NCBI RefSeq assembly: GCF_035084215.1
Contig: NC_090349.1
Span: forward strand, 35,960,001 to 36,024,000
Direction of reading: 5' to 3'
DNA from: Heptranchias perlo
Lineage: Eukaryota
DNA: 64,000 bases
Part shown: in pieces, positions 1 to 11,117 of the stretch
Numbering within the stretch: the stretch's first letter is position 1
Layout: every line of letters begins with the position of its first letter
Position numbers and translations under genes: made by a program
The notes under the pieces: model-generated
Told to the model about the DNA's origin: nothing
The model's database searches: none
The model's input: the letters and a program-made list of their open reading frames with translations, nothing else

Positions 1-40
1 TATCCGTTCCCCTTAATATCTTATAAACTTCGATCAGTAT

Positions 41-1396
41 ATGGACTTTCAAAAGGCTTTTGATGAAGTGCCACATAATAGACTTGTCAGCAAAATTGAA
101 GCCCATGGAATAAAAGGGGCAGTGGCAGCATGGATACCAAATTGGCTAAGTGACATGAAACAGAGAGCAGTGGTGAATGGTTGTTTTTCGGACTGGAAGG
201 AGGTGTACAGTGGTATTCCCCAGGGTTTGGTACTAGGACCACTGCTTATTTTGATATATATTAATGACTTGGACTTGGTTGTACAGGGCACAATTTCAAA
301 ATTTGCAGAGGACACAAAACTTGGAAGTGTAGTGAACAGTGAGGAGGATAGTACAAGAGGACACAGAAAGGCTGGTGGAATGGGGGACACATGGCAGATG
401 AAGTTTAATAGAGATGTGGGAATTGATACATTTTGGCAGGAAGAACGAGGAGAGGCAATATAAATTAAATGGTACAATTCTAGAGGGGGTGCAGGAAGAT
501 AGAGACCTGGGGGTATATATGCACAAATATATCGCCGTTCCTTCATCGTCACTGGGTCAAAATCCTGGAACTCCCTTCCTAACAGCACTGTGGGAGAACC
601 GTCACCACACGGACTGCAGCGGTTCAAGAAGGCGGCTCACCACCACCTTCTCGAGGGCAATTAGGGATGGGCAATAAATGCTGGCCTCGCCAGCGACGCC
701 CACATCCCGTGAACGAATAAAAAAATTTTTAAAAAATCTTTGAAAGTGGCAGGACAGGTTGAGAAAGTGGTTAAAAAAGCATCCCCGGAATCTTGGGCTT
801 TATAAAAGAGGCATAGAGTACAAAAGCAAGGAAGTTATGTTGAACCTTTATAAACACTGGTTCTGCCACAACTAGAGTAGCGAATCCAATTCTGGGCATC
901 GCACTTTAGGAAGGGTGCAGAAAGGATTTACTAGAATGGTTCCAGAGATGAGGGACTTCAGTTATGTGGATAGACTGGAGAAGCTGGGGTTGTTCTCCTT
1001 AGAGCAGAGAAGGTTGAGAGGAGATTTGATAGAAGTGTTTAAAATCATGAAGGGTCTAGATAAAGTAAAGAGAAACTGTTGCTATTGGCGATAGGATCGA
1101 GAACCAGAGGACACAGAATTAAAGTGATTGGCAAAAGAACCAAAGGTGACGCGAGGAAACACTTTTTTACGTAGCGAGTAGTTATGATCTGGAATGCGCT
1201 GCCTGAAGTGGTGTTGGATGCAGATTCAATCATGGCTTTGAAAAAGGAATGGATAAATATTTGAAGAGAAAAAATTTGCAGGGCTATGAGGAAAGAGCAG
1301 GGGAATAGGACTAACTGGATTGCTCTTACACAGAGCCAGCACAGGCTCGACGGGCCAAATGATCACCTTCCGTGCTGTGACAATTCTATGATTCTA
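41..1396 (+). mobile_element. CR1 LINE, 5'-truncated, degenerate (RT C-terminal half plus 3' UTR)
   Basis: ORF 41..463 has CR1 RT motifs DFQKAFDEVPH, GIPQGLVLGP, ISKFAEDTKL. It ends in a ttctatgattcta microsatellite-type tail. Confidence 0.92.
525..736 (+). mobile_element. 3' fragment of LINE family B nested in CR1
   Basis: Near-identical to the reverse complement of 62992-63195 (ggatgggcaataaatgctggcc...gaataaaaaaa). It interrupts CR1 at gcacaaat/aaatctttg. Confidence 0.9.
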
Positions 1397-1419
1397 TTAA
1401 ATACCCCCTCCATTTTTTG

Positions 1420-2160
1420 ATCATCTACAAATTGACAATCCTCTCCGCTCAGGGATCCCACCTTGCTTTTAATAGTTCTCATTTCTACTGAAATACATGC
1501 AAATTACTTGACTGTTTCTTTTGATGTTTTTGAAATGTTTTCCTCATACTCCTTAGTTTTCCTATTCTGCTCTTGACCTCTTATTTCCTCATTCTCTATT
1601 TTTTTCCCCATTATTATTCTTTGAGTCATAATTGCCCCCCTTCAATTCTCATTGGTTTCCTCTATTTATCCATGGCATCCTAAAACTACTAGTAGTTTCC
1701 TTCTTTAATGGAATATACTTCTGTACTTTAGCAACCTTTTTTTTAAAAAAACCATCTCAATGTTGCTTTACAGTCCTGTGTGCCAATTTCTCTTTCCATT
1801 TCACCTCAGTTAGCTTGCTCATCTTCCTAAAATATGTCCTAATCCAAGCTGGTGTTCCAGTTTTTGCACTGACTTTTTCATTGAGTTGGATCTTAAACCT
1901 CATCATATCGTGGTCACTACTCCAAAGATGCTCACCCACATTTAGTTCATCTAACTGATCTATTTCATTACTTATAACCAGAACTAGCAACACCTCCGCC
2001 CTTGAAAGCTTACCAATATACTGCTTTAGGAAGGTCCTCTAACTATTGAATGTCCCATCACTACTGCTTTTCTAGCTGTACTCTCCTCCCATCTACCCCT
2101 TTACCGAGCCATCTTGTTTATTGGTGCCATTGAGATTCGTTGTCCCTGCCCAGTGTCATA
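1420..2160 (-). mobile_element. Old CR1 LINE fragment (endonuclease region)
   Basis: ORF 1757..1993(-) contains VGEHLWSSDHDMMRF, the SDH motif of the APE endonuclease. Heavily decayed. Confidence 0.7.
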
Positions 2161-2190
2161 ATTTTCCTTACAGGTATCTAGAGCTTCAAA

Positions 2191-5100
2191 TTTTTTTAAA
2201 AATTCATTCATGGGACGTGGGCGTCGCTCGCAAGGCCAGCATTTACTGCCCATCCCTAACTGTCCTTAGAGAAGGTGGTGGTGAGCCTCCTTCTTGAACC
2301 GCTGCAGTCCGTGTAGTGAAGGTTCTCTGATGGTGCGGTTAGGTAGGGCGTTCCAGAATTTTGACCTAGCAACAATGGAGGAACAGCGATATATTTCCAA
2401 GTCAGGATGGTGTGTCAACGTGCATGTGCCTGCTGCTCTTGTCCTTCTAGGTGGTAGAGGTCGCGGGTTTGGGAGGTGCTGTCAAAGAAGCCTTGGCGAG
2501 TTGCTGCAGTGTATCTTGTAGATGGCACACACTGCAGCCACGGTGCACCGGTGGTGGAGGGAGTGCCAATCAAGTAGGCTTTGTCCTGGATGTTGTCGAG
2601 TTTCTTGAGTGTTGTTGGGTCTGCACTCATCCAAGCAAGTGGAGAGTATTCCATCACACTTTTGACTTATGCCTTATAGATGGTGGAAAGGCTTTGGGGA
2701 GTCGGGAGGTGAGTCACTTGCCATAGAAGACCCAGCCTCTGACCTGCTCTTGTGGCCACAATATTTATGTGGCTGGTCCAGTATAGTTTCTGGTCAATGG
2801 TGACCCCCAAGATGTTGACAGTGGGGTATTCGGTGATAGTAATGACATTGAATGTGAAGGAGGGGTGATTAGACACTCTTGTTGGAGATGGTCATTGCCT
2901 GGCACAAAAGTTACTTGCCACTTATCAGCCCAAGCCTGGATGCTGTCTTGCTTCATGCAGGCATGGACTGCTTCATTACCTGAGAGGTTGTGAATGGAAC
3001 TGAACACTCTGCAATCACCAGCGAACATCCACATTTCTGACCTTATGATGGTGGGAAGGTCATTGATGAAGCAGCTGAAGACAGTTGGGCCTGGGACACT
3101 GCCCTGAGGAACTCCTGCAGCAATGTCCTGGGACTGAGATGATTGGCCTCCAACAACCACTACCATCCTTCCTTTGTGCTAGGTATGACTCCAGCCACTG
3201 GAGAGTTTTCCCCGATTCCCAATGACTTCAATTTTACTAGGGCTCCTTGATGCCACACTTAGTTAAATGCTGCCTTGATGTCAAGGGCAGTCACTCTCAC
3301 CTCACTTCTGGAATTCAGCTCTTTTGTCCATGTTTCTATGTTTGGACCAAGGATGTAATGAGGTCTGGAGCCAAGTGGTCGTGGTGGAACCCAAACTGAG
3401 CATTGGTGAGTAAGTGCTGCTTGATAGCACTGTTGACACCTTCCATCACTTTGCTGATGATTGAGAATAGACTGATGGGGCGGTAACTGGCCAGATTGGA
3501 TTTGTCCTGCTTTTTCAGGACAAGACATACCTGGGCAATTTTCCACATTGTCTGGTAGATGCCAGTGTTATAGCTGTATTGAAACAGCTTGGCTACAGGC
3601 ATAGCTAGTTCTGGAGCACAAGTCTTCAGCACTACAGCCGAGATGCTGTCAGGGCCCATTGCCTTTGCTGTATGCAGTGCACTCAGTCGTTTCTTGATAT
3701 CATGTGGAGTGACTCGAATTGGCTGAAGGCTGGCTTCTGTGATGGTGGGGATATCGGGAGTAGGCAGAGATGGATCATCCACTCAGCACTTCTGGCTGAA
3801 GATAGTTGCAAACGCTTCAGCCTTGTCGTTTGCACTCACACGCTGGGCTCCGCCATCATTGAGGATGGGGATATTCACAGAGCCTGCTCCTCCCATTAGT
3901 TGTTTAATTGTCCACCACCACTCATGACTGCAGAGCTTTGATCTGATCTGTTGGATGTGGGATCGCTTAGCTCTGTCTATAGCATGCTGCTTCAAACTGT
4001 TTAGCATGCATGTAGTCCTATGTTGTAGCTTCACCAGGTTGGCGCCTCATTTTTTTTTTTAAAGGTACACCTGCTGCTGCTCCTGGCATGCTCTTCTACA
4101 CTCCTCAATGAACCAGGGTTGATCCCCTGGCTTGTTGGTAATGGTAGAGTGAGGAATATGCCAGGCCATGAGGTTACAGATTGTGCTGGAATACAATTCT
4201 GCTGCTGCTGAGGGCCCACAGCACCTCATGGATGTCCAATTTTGAGGTGCTAGATCTGTTCTGAATCTATCCCATTTAGCACGATGGTAGTGCCACACAA
4301 CACGTTGGACGATGTCTTCAGTGTGAAGACGGGACTTCGTCTCCACAAGGACTGTGTGGTGGTCACTCCTACCAATAATGTCATAGACAGATGCATCTGC
4401 GACAGGTAGATTGGTGAGGATAAGGTCAAGTAGGTATTTCCCTTGTGTTGGTGTTCTCACCACCTGCTGTAGGCCCAGTCTGGCAACTATGTGCTTCAGG
4501 ATTCAGCCAGCTTGGTCAGTAGTGGTCCTACCGAGCCACTCTTGGTGATGGACATTGAAGTCCCCCATCCAGAGTACATTCGGTACCCTTACTGCCCTCA
4601 GTGCTTCCTTCAAGTGGTGCTCAACATGGAGGAGGACTGATCCATAAGCTGAGGGAGGGCAGTTGGTGATAATCAGCAGGACGTTTCCTTGCCCATGTTT
4701 GACCTGATGTCATGAGATTTCATGGGGTCCAGAGTCAATGTTGAGGGCTCCCAGGGCCACTCCCTCCTCTCTGCATGCCACTGTGCCACCACCTCTGGTG
4801 GGTCTGTCCTGCCAGTGGGACAGGGCATTCCCAGGAATGGTGGAGGAGTCGTCTGGGACGTTGGCTGAAAGGTATGATTTTGAGAGTATGGCTATGTCAG
4901 GCTGTTGCTTGACTAGTCTGTAGGAAAGCTCTCCCAATTTTGGCACAAGTCCCCAGATGTTAGTAAGAAGGACTTTGCAGGGTCAGCTGGGCTTGGTTTG
5001 CCTTTGTCACATCTCCTGCCTAGTGGTCCGATGCCGGGTGGTTCATCTGGTTTTACCTTATGACTTCCTGTAGCGGGATTTTAAAACGGAGTGGCTTGCT

Positions 5101-5411
5101 CGGCCATTTCAGAAGGCAGTTAAGAATCAACCACATTGCTGTGGGTCTGGAGTCACGTATAGGCCAGACCAGGTAAGGACGGCAGGTTTCCTTCCCTAAA
5201 AAGGACATTAGTGAACCAGATGGGTTTTTAAGACAATCCAGTAGATTCACGGTCACGATTACTGATACTAGCTTTTTAGTCCAGATTTTATTTAATTAAC
5301 TGAATTTAAGTTCCCCAGCTGCCATAGTGGGATTTGAACTCATGATTCCAGATTATTAGTCCAGGCCTCTGGATTACTAGTCCAGTAACATAACCACAAT
5401 GCTACCACACC
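2191..5411 (-). mobile_element. Near full-length LINE family B (APE endonuclease + RT, CR1/L2-group-like), no ORF1, tRNA-derived 5' head; frameshifted
   Basis: Motifs occur in order on the minus strand: NIWGL..PDIAILS (~4960-4880), GDFNVHH (~4560), LDLILTN..GRSDH, AMGPDSI, YRPISL, QFGF, LDIKAAF, GVPQGSV, FAGD. An A-rich tail lies at ~2191-2202. Confidence 0.9.
5325..5411 (-). promoter_or_regulatory. tRNA-derived Pol III internal promoter (A box, B box) at the 5' end of LINE family B
   Basis: The minus strand has A box TAGCATTGTGG (5404-5394), anticodon-like arm CTGGA-CTAGTAA-TCCAG (5385-5369) and B box GAGTTCAAATCC (5341-5330). Confidence 0.8.
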
Positions 5412-5543
5412 CTTAGTTTAAGGATAAGTTGCTCTAGCTACTGCTGCTCTATTCTTTCCTTTCTACCTTTCCCTACTCCTCGGATAATCATCCATCTTTC
5501 CTCCTTCACCGCTCGCTCCCTATCTCTCACTGGTGTGACTAAA

Positions 5544-5982
5544 AAAGACTTGTATTTATATAGCGCCTTTCATGCCCTCAGGATGTCCAAAAGAACTTTA
5601 CAGCCTATTAAGTACTTTTGAAGTGTAGTCACTGTTCTAATGTAGGAAAAGCTGCAGCCTATTTGCACACAGCAAGATCCAAAAACAGCAACGTGATAAT
5701 GACCAGATCATCTGTTTTTAGTGATGTTGGTCGAGAGATAAATATTGGCCAGGTTAAGGGAAGAACCCCCCCGCTCTTCTTCAAAAAGTACCATGGGATC
5801 TTTTATGTTCACCTGAGGGGCCAGATGGGTCCTGGGTTAAACATCTCATCCGAAAGATGGCACCTTTAACAGTGCAGCATTCCTTCAATGTCGGCTTAGA
5901 TTTTTTGCTTAAGTCTGTGGAGTGGGACTTGAACCCACAACCAGCTAGCTAAGAGTGCCACCAACTGAATCACAGCTGACAC
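5544..5982 (-). mobile_element. Deu-domain SINE (SacSINE1/AmnSINE-like) with tRNA head and L2-type tail
   Basis: B box (gggacttgaacccac on +), Deu-like core ccatgggatcttttatg..cacctgag..catccgaaagatggcacc, and L2-like tail ttgtatttatatagcgcctttca. Homologous to 59400-59775. Confidence 0.8.
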
Positions 5983-6523
5983 TACTCAAGATAATGGACA
6001 ACTTTCAAAGCTGGCACATTAGGCGCCAGTTTGTACACATTTTAGCTCATTCTAAGGCAGCCAGCTCCTTTTTTTCCTTCACACCACTCAGCATTTGTGA
6101 ACAAATCTGAGAGTGCAGGCACCAAATTCTCCCACCTTCAAAATGGTACATCATATGCATCATTGAGAGTTTCTGGCACAACTGCGGTACAATTAGAGCT
6201 CGGCCTGTTTTTACAAAGCTTGACATTTGTAGCATCTGTCACCGCTCCCGGATGCTGCATTTTGCGCTTTAGAATTGCTGGTTAAAGGCACCTTGCCATA
6301 CATTGCGCAGAACTCCCCCTGCAGTGGCATCACGAAATCAGCTGAGGCTCAAAGTCCCGTTTCATGGCGCTGCTGGAGGAACTTCATATCATTGTCGGAG
6401 TGTACAACACAAAATGACTGTTACCCGGGTTGTCTCTAATGGACAGTTTTGAAAGGCAAAACACAGGCTTCTATAACTCAGTGTTTAAATGCACTGCATA
6501 ATGGAGGTACAGAGCCACAGAGT

Positions 6524-6866
6524 AACACCATGCATTTGTATAGTGCCTTTAATGCACTAAAACATCCCAAGGTGCTTCACAGGAGCGTAAACAAACAAAA
6601 TTTGACACCAAGCCACATAAGGAGATATTAGGACAGATAACCTAAAGCTTGGTCGAAGAGGTAGGTTTTAAGGAGTGTCTTAAAAGGAGAGCGCGGTAGA
6701 GAGCCAGAGAGGTTTAGGGAGGCAATTCCAGAGCTTAGGGTCTAGGCAGCTTATAACACGGCCATTAATGGCGGAACAATGAAAATCGGGGATGCGCAAG
6801 AGGCCAGAATTGGAGGAGCGCAGAGATCTCGGAGAGTTGTAGGGCTGGAGGAGAATGCAGAGATAG
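6524..6866 (-). mobile_element. L2 LINE 3' fragment
   Basis: ORF 6680..6889(-) reads PYNSPRSLRSSNSGLL..LWNCLP. The L2 tail is tgcatttgtatagtgcc on +. Confidence 0.8.
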
Positions 6867-6869
6867 CAC

Positions 6870-7085
6870 GAGAAAGCCTCAGGTTTCATCCCTATTGCGC
6901 ATCAGGTTAGCAACTCCCAGCCAGGGTATTGGTGTGAACATTAAAAGTACACCTCAAGGAATTTCCCTCCTACTCCCTTAAGCCAGGGTTGAAGTTACCA
7001 GCCTGAGTCACCACTTCCTGATCGCTATCCAGTGAGCTATCTGGAAAGTATATCAAGCACATCTGTGGTGCTTCCCACAATGGTA
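6870..7085 (+). mobile_element. Degenerate fragment of ancient tRNA-type SINE family S
   Basis: Shares agccaggg and cctgatcgctatccagtga..ctggaaagt with copies at 27435, 55495 and 59890. Confidence 0.55.
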
Positions 7086-8447
7086 TATAGCCCAACAATG
7101 GGAAGGCTGCCAAGTACCTGTGAAACCCCACCACAGCACTAGACTCTGTTATCTTGTCCTGAAGCAGTAAGTGCCAACAGTAACAAAAAGTCAAAGACAT
7201 GTGCAAATATCTTTGACAAATCTTAGCAATAAATTTCACAGGGTTTCCTCCAGCACAAATGTTTTAAAAAAAAAACAAATTTTAAATCCACAAAAATAAC
7301 AGATTTCATAGTTTTTTTTTTGAAAGTCCTTAGGTGTCCTATCAACACCAAGGTTTCTTCAACACGAGTTAGACAGCACTGGATAACCAAACATTACCTA
7401 AACATGCAAACAGGATTAAAACTAAAAGGAACACAAATGGAAAGTTGAAAATCTGAAATAAAAACACTTCACTGTGCTTTCCACATACATCTCCAGTCCT
7501 GCTGCTTAGATATGTGAAGTATGCTGGTGGGCTGTGGAGAACAGATTGCAGTCATATATTCTTTGGAGTCGTTCATGGGTCAAACTCCATGGGCTTTTTG
7601 CCCATTGAAACTCAACCCATTTGTAGTGCATTTTGAGGTTCCCGGTCGAGGTCCCGCTGAGAGTCTATATTAACCCATCGCACTGAACTTTCTGCGTTAC
7701 CTCAGTGCCTTGCTGTGCACTGGCAGCAGACTATGCTGTACTTCATACTCAGTCTGGTTCACAGGCTCTGGGAAATAGCCCAATCTGAAAAATCAGATTC
7801 TCTCAGGACAAGTTCCTTTGGGTGTGGTTAAACATTTGTGCAGTATTGTAATGGGGGCTCAGATGAGACTGCCAATCCACTAGATTTTCAATTGACTGTT
7901 GGGACCCCCTTTGTATTGGGATGGGTCTAGTAGTGAGGCAGTGAAGTATCTGTGCGACACTTCTTATAGCAGGTTTGCATCATTAACATGGGTGGTTCCT
8001 ATTCTTTTTCGTTAATAACTCCTCATTCCTGGTTTCACACTTTTACCTTACGTAGAACCATACAAGTTTACAGCTCACATGAAGGCATTTTCAGCTCATC
8101 ATTTCTGTGGCAGCTCTTTAATCGAGCGATCTAAAACTAGTCTCACTCCATCACTCTTTCCCCATAGCCTATTTTTCTGTGCTTCAAATATTTATCCAAT
8201 TTTCCCTTAAAAGCTACATTGGTGCCTCTTTCCACCACTCCCTAAAGCAAAGCATTCCATGCTCCAACCCTCAATGTAAAGTAATTTCTCCTAACCTATC
8301 AACTTAGTAATAATTTGAAATTGATGACAACGTATAATTGACTCCCCAACCAGAATAAAGCATCTTTCTTTATTCACCATCAAAATCCTTCTAATTTGAA
8401 AAACTTCTATTAAATCTGCTGTTAGCCTTCTCTGCTCCAGCAGAAAT

Positions 8448-8538
8448 CCCACACTCACCTGACGAAGGAGAAAGCCTCCGAAAGCTTGTGATTTTCAAAT
8501 AAAACAGTTGGACTATAACCTGTTGTTGTAAGATTCCT
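8448..8538 (+). mobile_element. Penelope-type pLTR fragment with hammerhead, single arm
   Basis: TSD tccagcagaaat at 8436-8447 and 8539-8550. Homologous to the arms at 32404, 34043 and 50970. Confidence 0.85.
8455..8491 (+). ncRNA. Minimal type I hammerhead ribozyme motif
   Basis: TCAC-CTGACGA-A-GGAG(aaagc)CTCC-GAAA-GC-T-T-GTGA: stem I TCAC/GTGA, conserved core, palindromic stem III AGCT (dimer type). Predicted cut after 8487. Confidence 0.8.
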
Positions 8539-9514
8539 TCCAGCAGAAATTGTTCCAGTATCTCAAGTCTCTCTTCATAATTATAGTTTTCCAACCATGG
8601 CCACAGGTCAACACTCTGTAGATGTCACAAATGGTATAGGCACATCTTGTTTCCTTTTAGTCTGGATGCTCCTATGCCTAACACATGTGTACCATAGCAT
8701 ATATAGTTTTGGGTTATATTTGCTCTTGCTATATGTTTCCCCGTTTGGGGTTTATTGGATGGACTTGTTAGATTCTGCTGCACTTTGTTCCTATTTTTTA
8801 CTTTTTAAAAATAATGCACAGAAAATGCTGGAAATAGAGCAGGTCTGCTGGCATCTCAGTCCACAAAAAACTATCCTTAACCCAGCTTTTCTTTTCAGAT
8901 GCAAGAAAGCCCGTTTATTTCCAACATTGTGTGTTTATTATAAACTGCCCTCCTGCATTCCTTACCTTAAGCAAACAGATGGACTTCCCTTTGAGTGGAA
9001 TGGAAATCAGCTTTTAAACTCATTTTGTTCCCCAGCAAAACTCTATAACCTCCTGATTTAGGCCTGCAGCCTAAAGATAAATTATCTTAAAGAAACCTAA
9101 TCCACCCACAAAAGGCTAAAAAGCAATAGTTAAATGGAGACTGGAGTTATTCATTAAACAAGTGGATCAATGAGCCCAAGACTCAAGTGCGTTCTGGATG
9201 ACATGTCACAATTAGGCACACCCAATACCATTTATAGATCAGTAAAGAAATCATCACTCCACACAGGTTACAAGAATTCACTGCAAAGTTCAGTCATGTA
9301 ACTGCCTTTGACGTAAATCTGTGACTGCACCCTGAAATCTAGGAAGCACCTAGATGCCAATCACACTCAGTGATTAGACCACAACAGCAACTCCAGGATA
9401 CACACAAAAGAAGCTGTTAGGGTACTAGGACCAGTTTCCCCTGGTCGAATGAGCATGCACAGATGAGTCAGGGAAAAGAACAGAGAAACAGAACTAGTGG
9501 AAGAAAGGAAGGAA

Positions 9515-11070
9515 GTGGCATTTATGTAGCGTAGACAAACATCTCAAGGTGCTACACAAAAGCAAGAAAACACATGGATGCCGAGCCAAAGGAAGAGATA
9601 TAAAAGGGATAACCAAAGTTTAGTCAGAAGTGGGCTTTAAGAAGGATCTTGAAGAGGAGCGGGGGGTTTAGGGAGGGAATTACACAGCATGGGGCCTGGG
9701 TGGCTGAAGGCAAACCAGTGAATGGTGGAACGAAGGAAGGGGGGAGATGCATAACAGGCCAAAGTCGGAGGAAGAGAGTATGTGGGGGGTGAGGTTGTAG
9801 AACTGGAGGATGTTAGAAAGAGAGGGGCGAGGATATAAAGGGATTTTAAACAAGGACGATGAGAATTTGAGGCTGTGTGGGACCGGGAGCCAATGCAGGC
9901 CAGCAAAGACAGTGGTAATAGGCGAGTAGGATAGGATACAAGCAGCAGAATTTTGGATGAGCTGATGTTTATGGGTGGTTGATAATAGGAGGCTGGCCAG
10001 GAGAGCTTTACAATAGTCGAGTCTGGAGGTGACAAAGACACGGACTTTAGCATTAGGACTGAGGTAGGGGCAGAAGCATACGGTCTTTGCGATGGAGAGG
10101 ATATGGGGTCAGAAGCTCAACTTGGTGTCGAATACGATGCAGAGATTGCCAACAGTCTGATCCAGGAGACAGCCTGGGAGGGTGATGGAATCGGTGGTAT
10201 GGGTGAAGAGTTTGCGGCTGGGCCCAAAGACGACAACTTCGATTTTCCCAATGTTAAACTGAAGAAAATTGCGGCTCAACCAATGCTGGATGTCGGACAA
10301 GCAGCCACATAGCAGAGACGGTGGAGAGGTAGAGCTGGGTATTATCAGCATAAGCTGACCCCCTGCCTGCCGATCATTTCGCCAAGAGGCACCGTGTAGA
10401 TGAGAAAGAGGAAGGAGCCAAGGAAAAATCCTTGGGGGACTCTGGAGGTAACAGTGCAGTGGCGAGGAGAAAAGCCTGAGGTCCTCTAGCTACATTCAGA
10501 TAGGTAAGAGTGGAAGCATGCAAGGGGAGTCCCACTATGCCAGACAACACAAGAGAGGTGTTGGAGGAGGATGGTGTGCATGAGCACGTCCAAGGCTGCA
10601 CAGGTCGAGAAGGATGAGGAGGGATGATGTATCATGGGCATAGAGAATGGTCATTTGTGACTATGGTTAGGACAGTTTCAGTCCTGTGGCAGATGTGGAA
10701 ATCTCTGATTGGAGAGATTCAAACATGGAGTTGCAGGAAAGATGAGCCAGGATTCAGGGGACGACAACACGGTCAAGGACTTCAGAGGGAAACAGGGGAT
10801 TGGATATGGAACAGGAAATTGGATATGGAGCATTAGTTTACAACAGAGGAGTCAAAGATGAGTTCTTGTCAGGAGATGGGGTGATGTTGGCAGTTTTGAA
10901 AGGGAGGGTACAGTACCCGAGGAGAGAACCATTTACAATGTCAACTAGCATGGGGGCTAAGCAGCGAAGTTGGATGGTCAGCAGTTTTGTGAGAATGGGT
11001 CAAGGGAGCAAAAGGGGGGTCTCAAGGACAAGGGGAGCACACAGAGAGCATGAGCAAGATGTGATAGAAA
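9515..11070 (-). mobile_element. L2 LINE fragment (RT to 3' end), degenerate
   Basis: ORF 10109..10351(-) reads CLSDIQHWLSRNFLQFNIGKIEVVVFG. A degenerate GVPQG motif lies at ~10430 and an L2 tail at 9515-9560. Confidence 0.85.
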
Positions 11071-11117
11071 CATGGCTTGGCTTGGGGAAAGGGAGAAGCA
11101 GAAACTGCAGCTGAACA

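Larger units (their letters stand above)
8052..8595 (-). mobile_element. Old CR1 3' fragment hosting a Penelope-type insert
   Basis: ORF 8391..8594(-) begins NYEERLEILEQFLL. CR1 3' UTR-like sequence lies at 8055-8300. Confidence 0.7.

Noticed and set aside
5325-5411. Functional tRNA gene
   Set aside because: Duplicated anticodon arm, imperfect cloverleaf, no terminator, and continuous with a retroelement body.
7480-8045. Non-repetitive-looking segment that might be a decayed coding or transposon sequence
   Set aside because: Stops occur in the frames examined, and no motif could be assigned.
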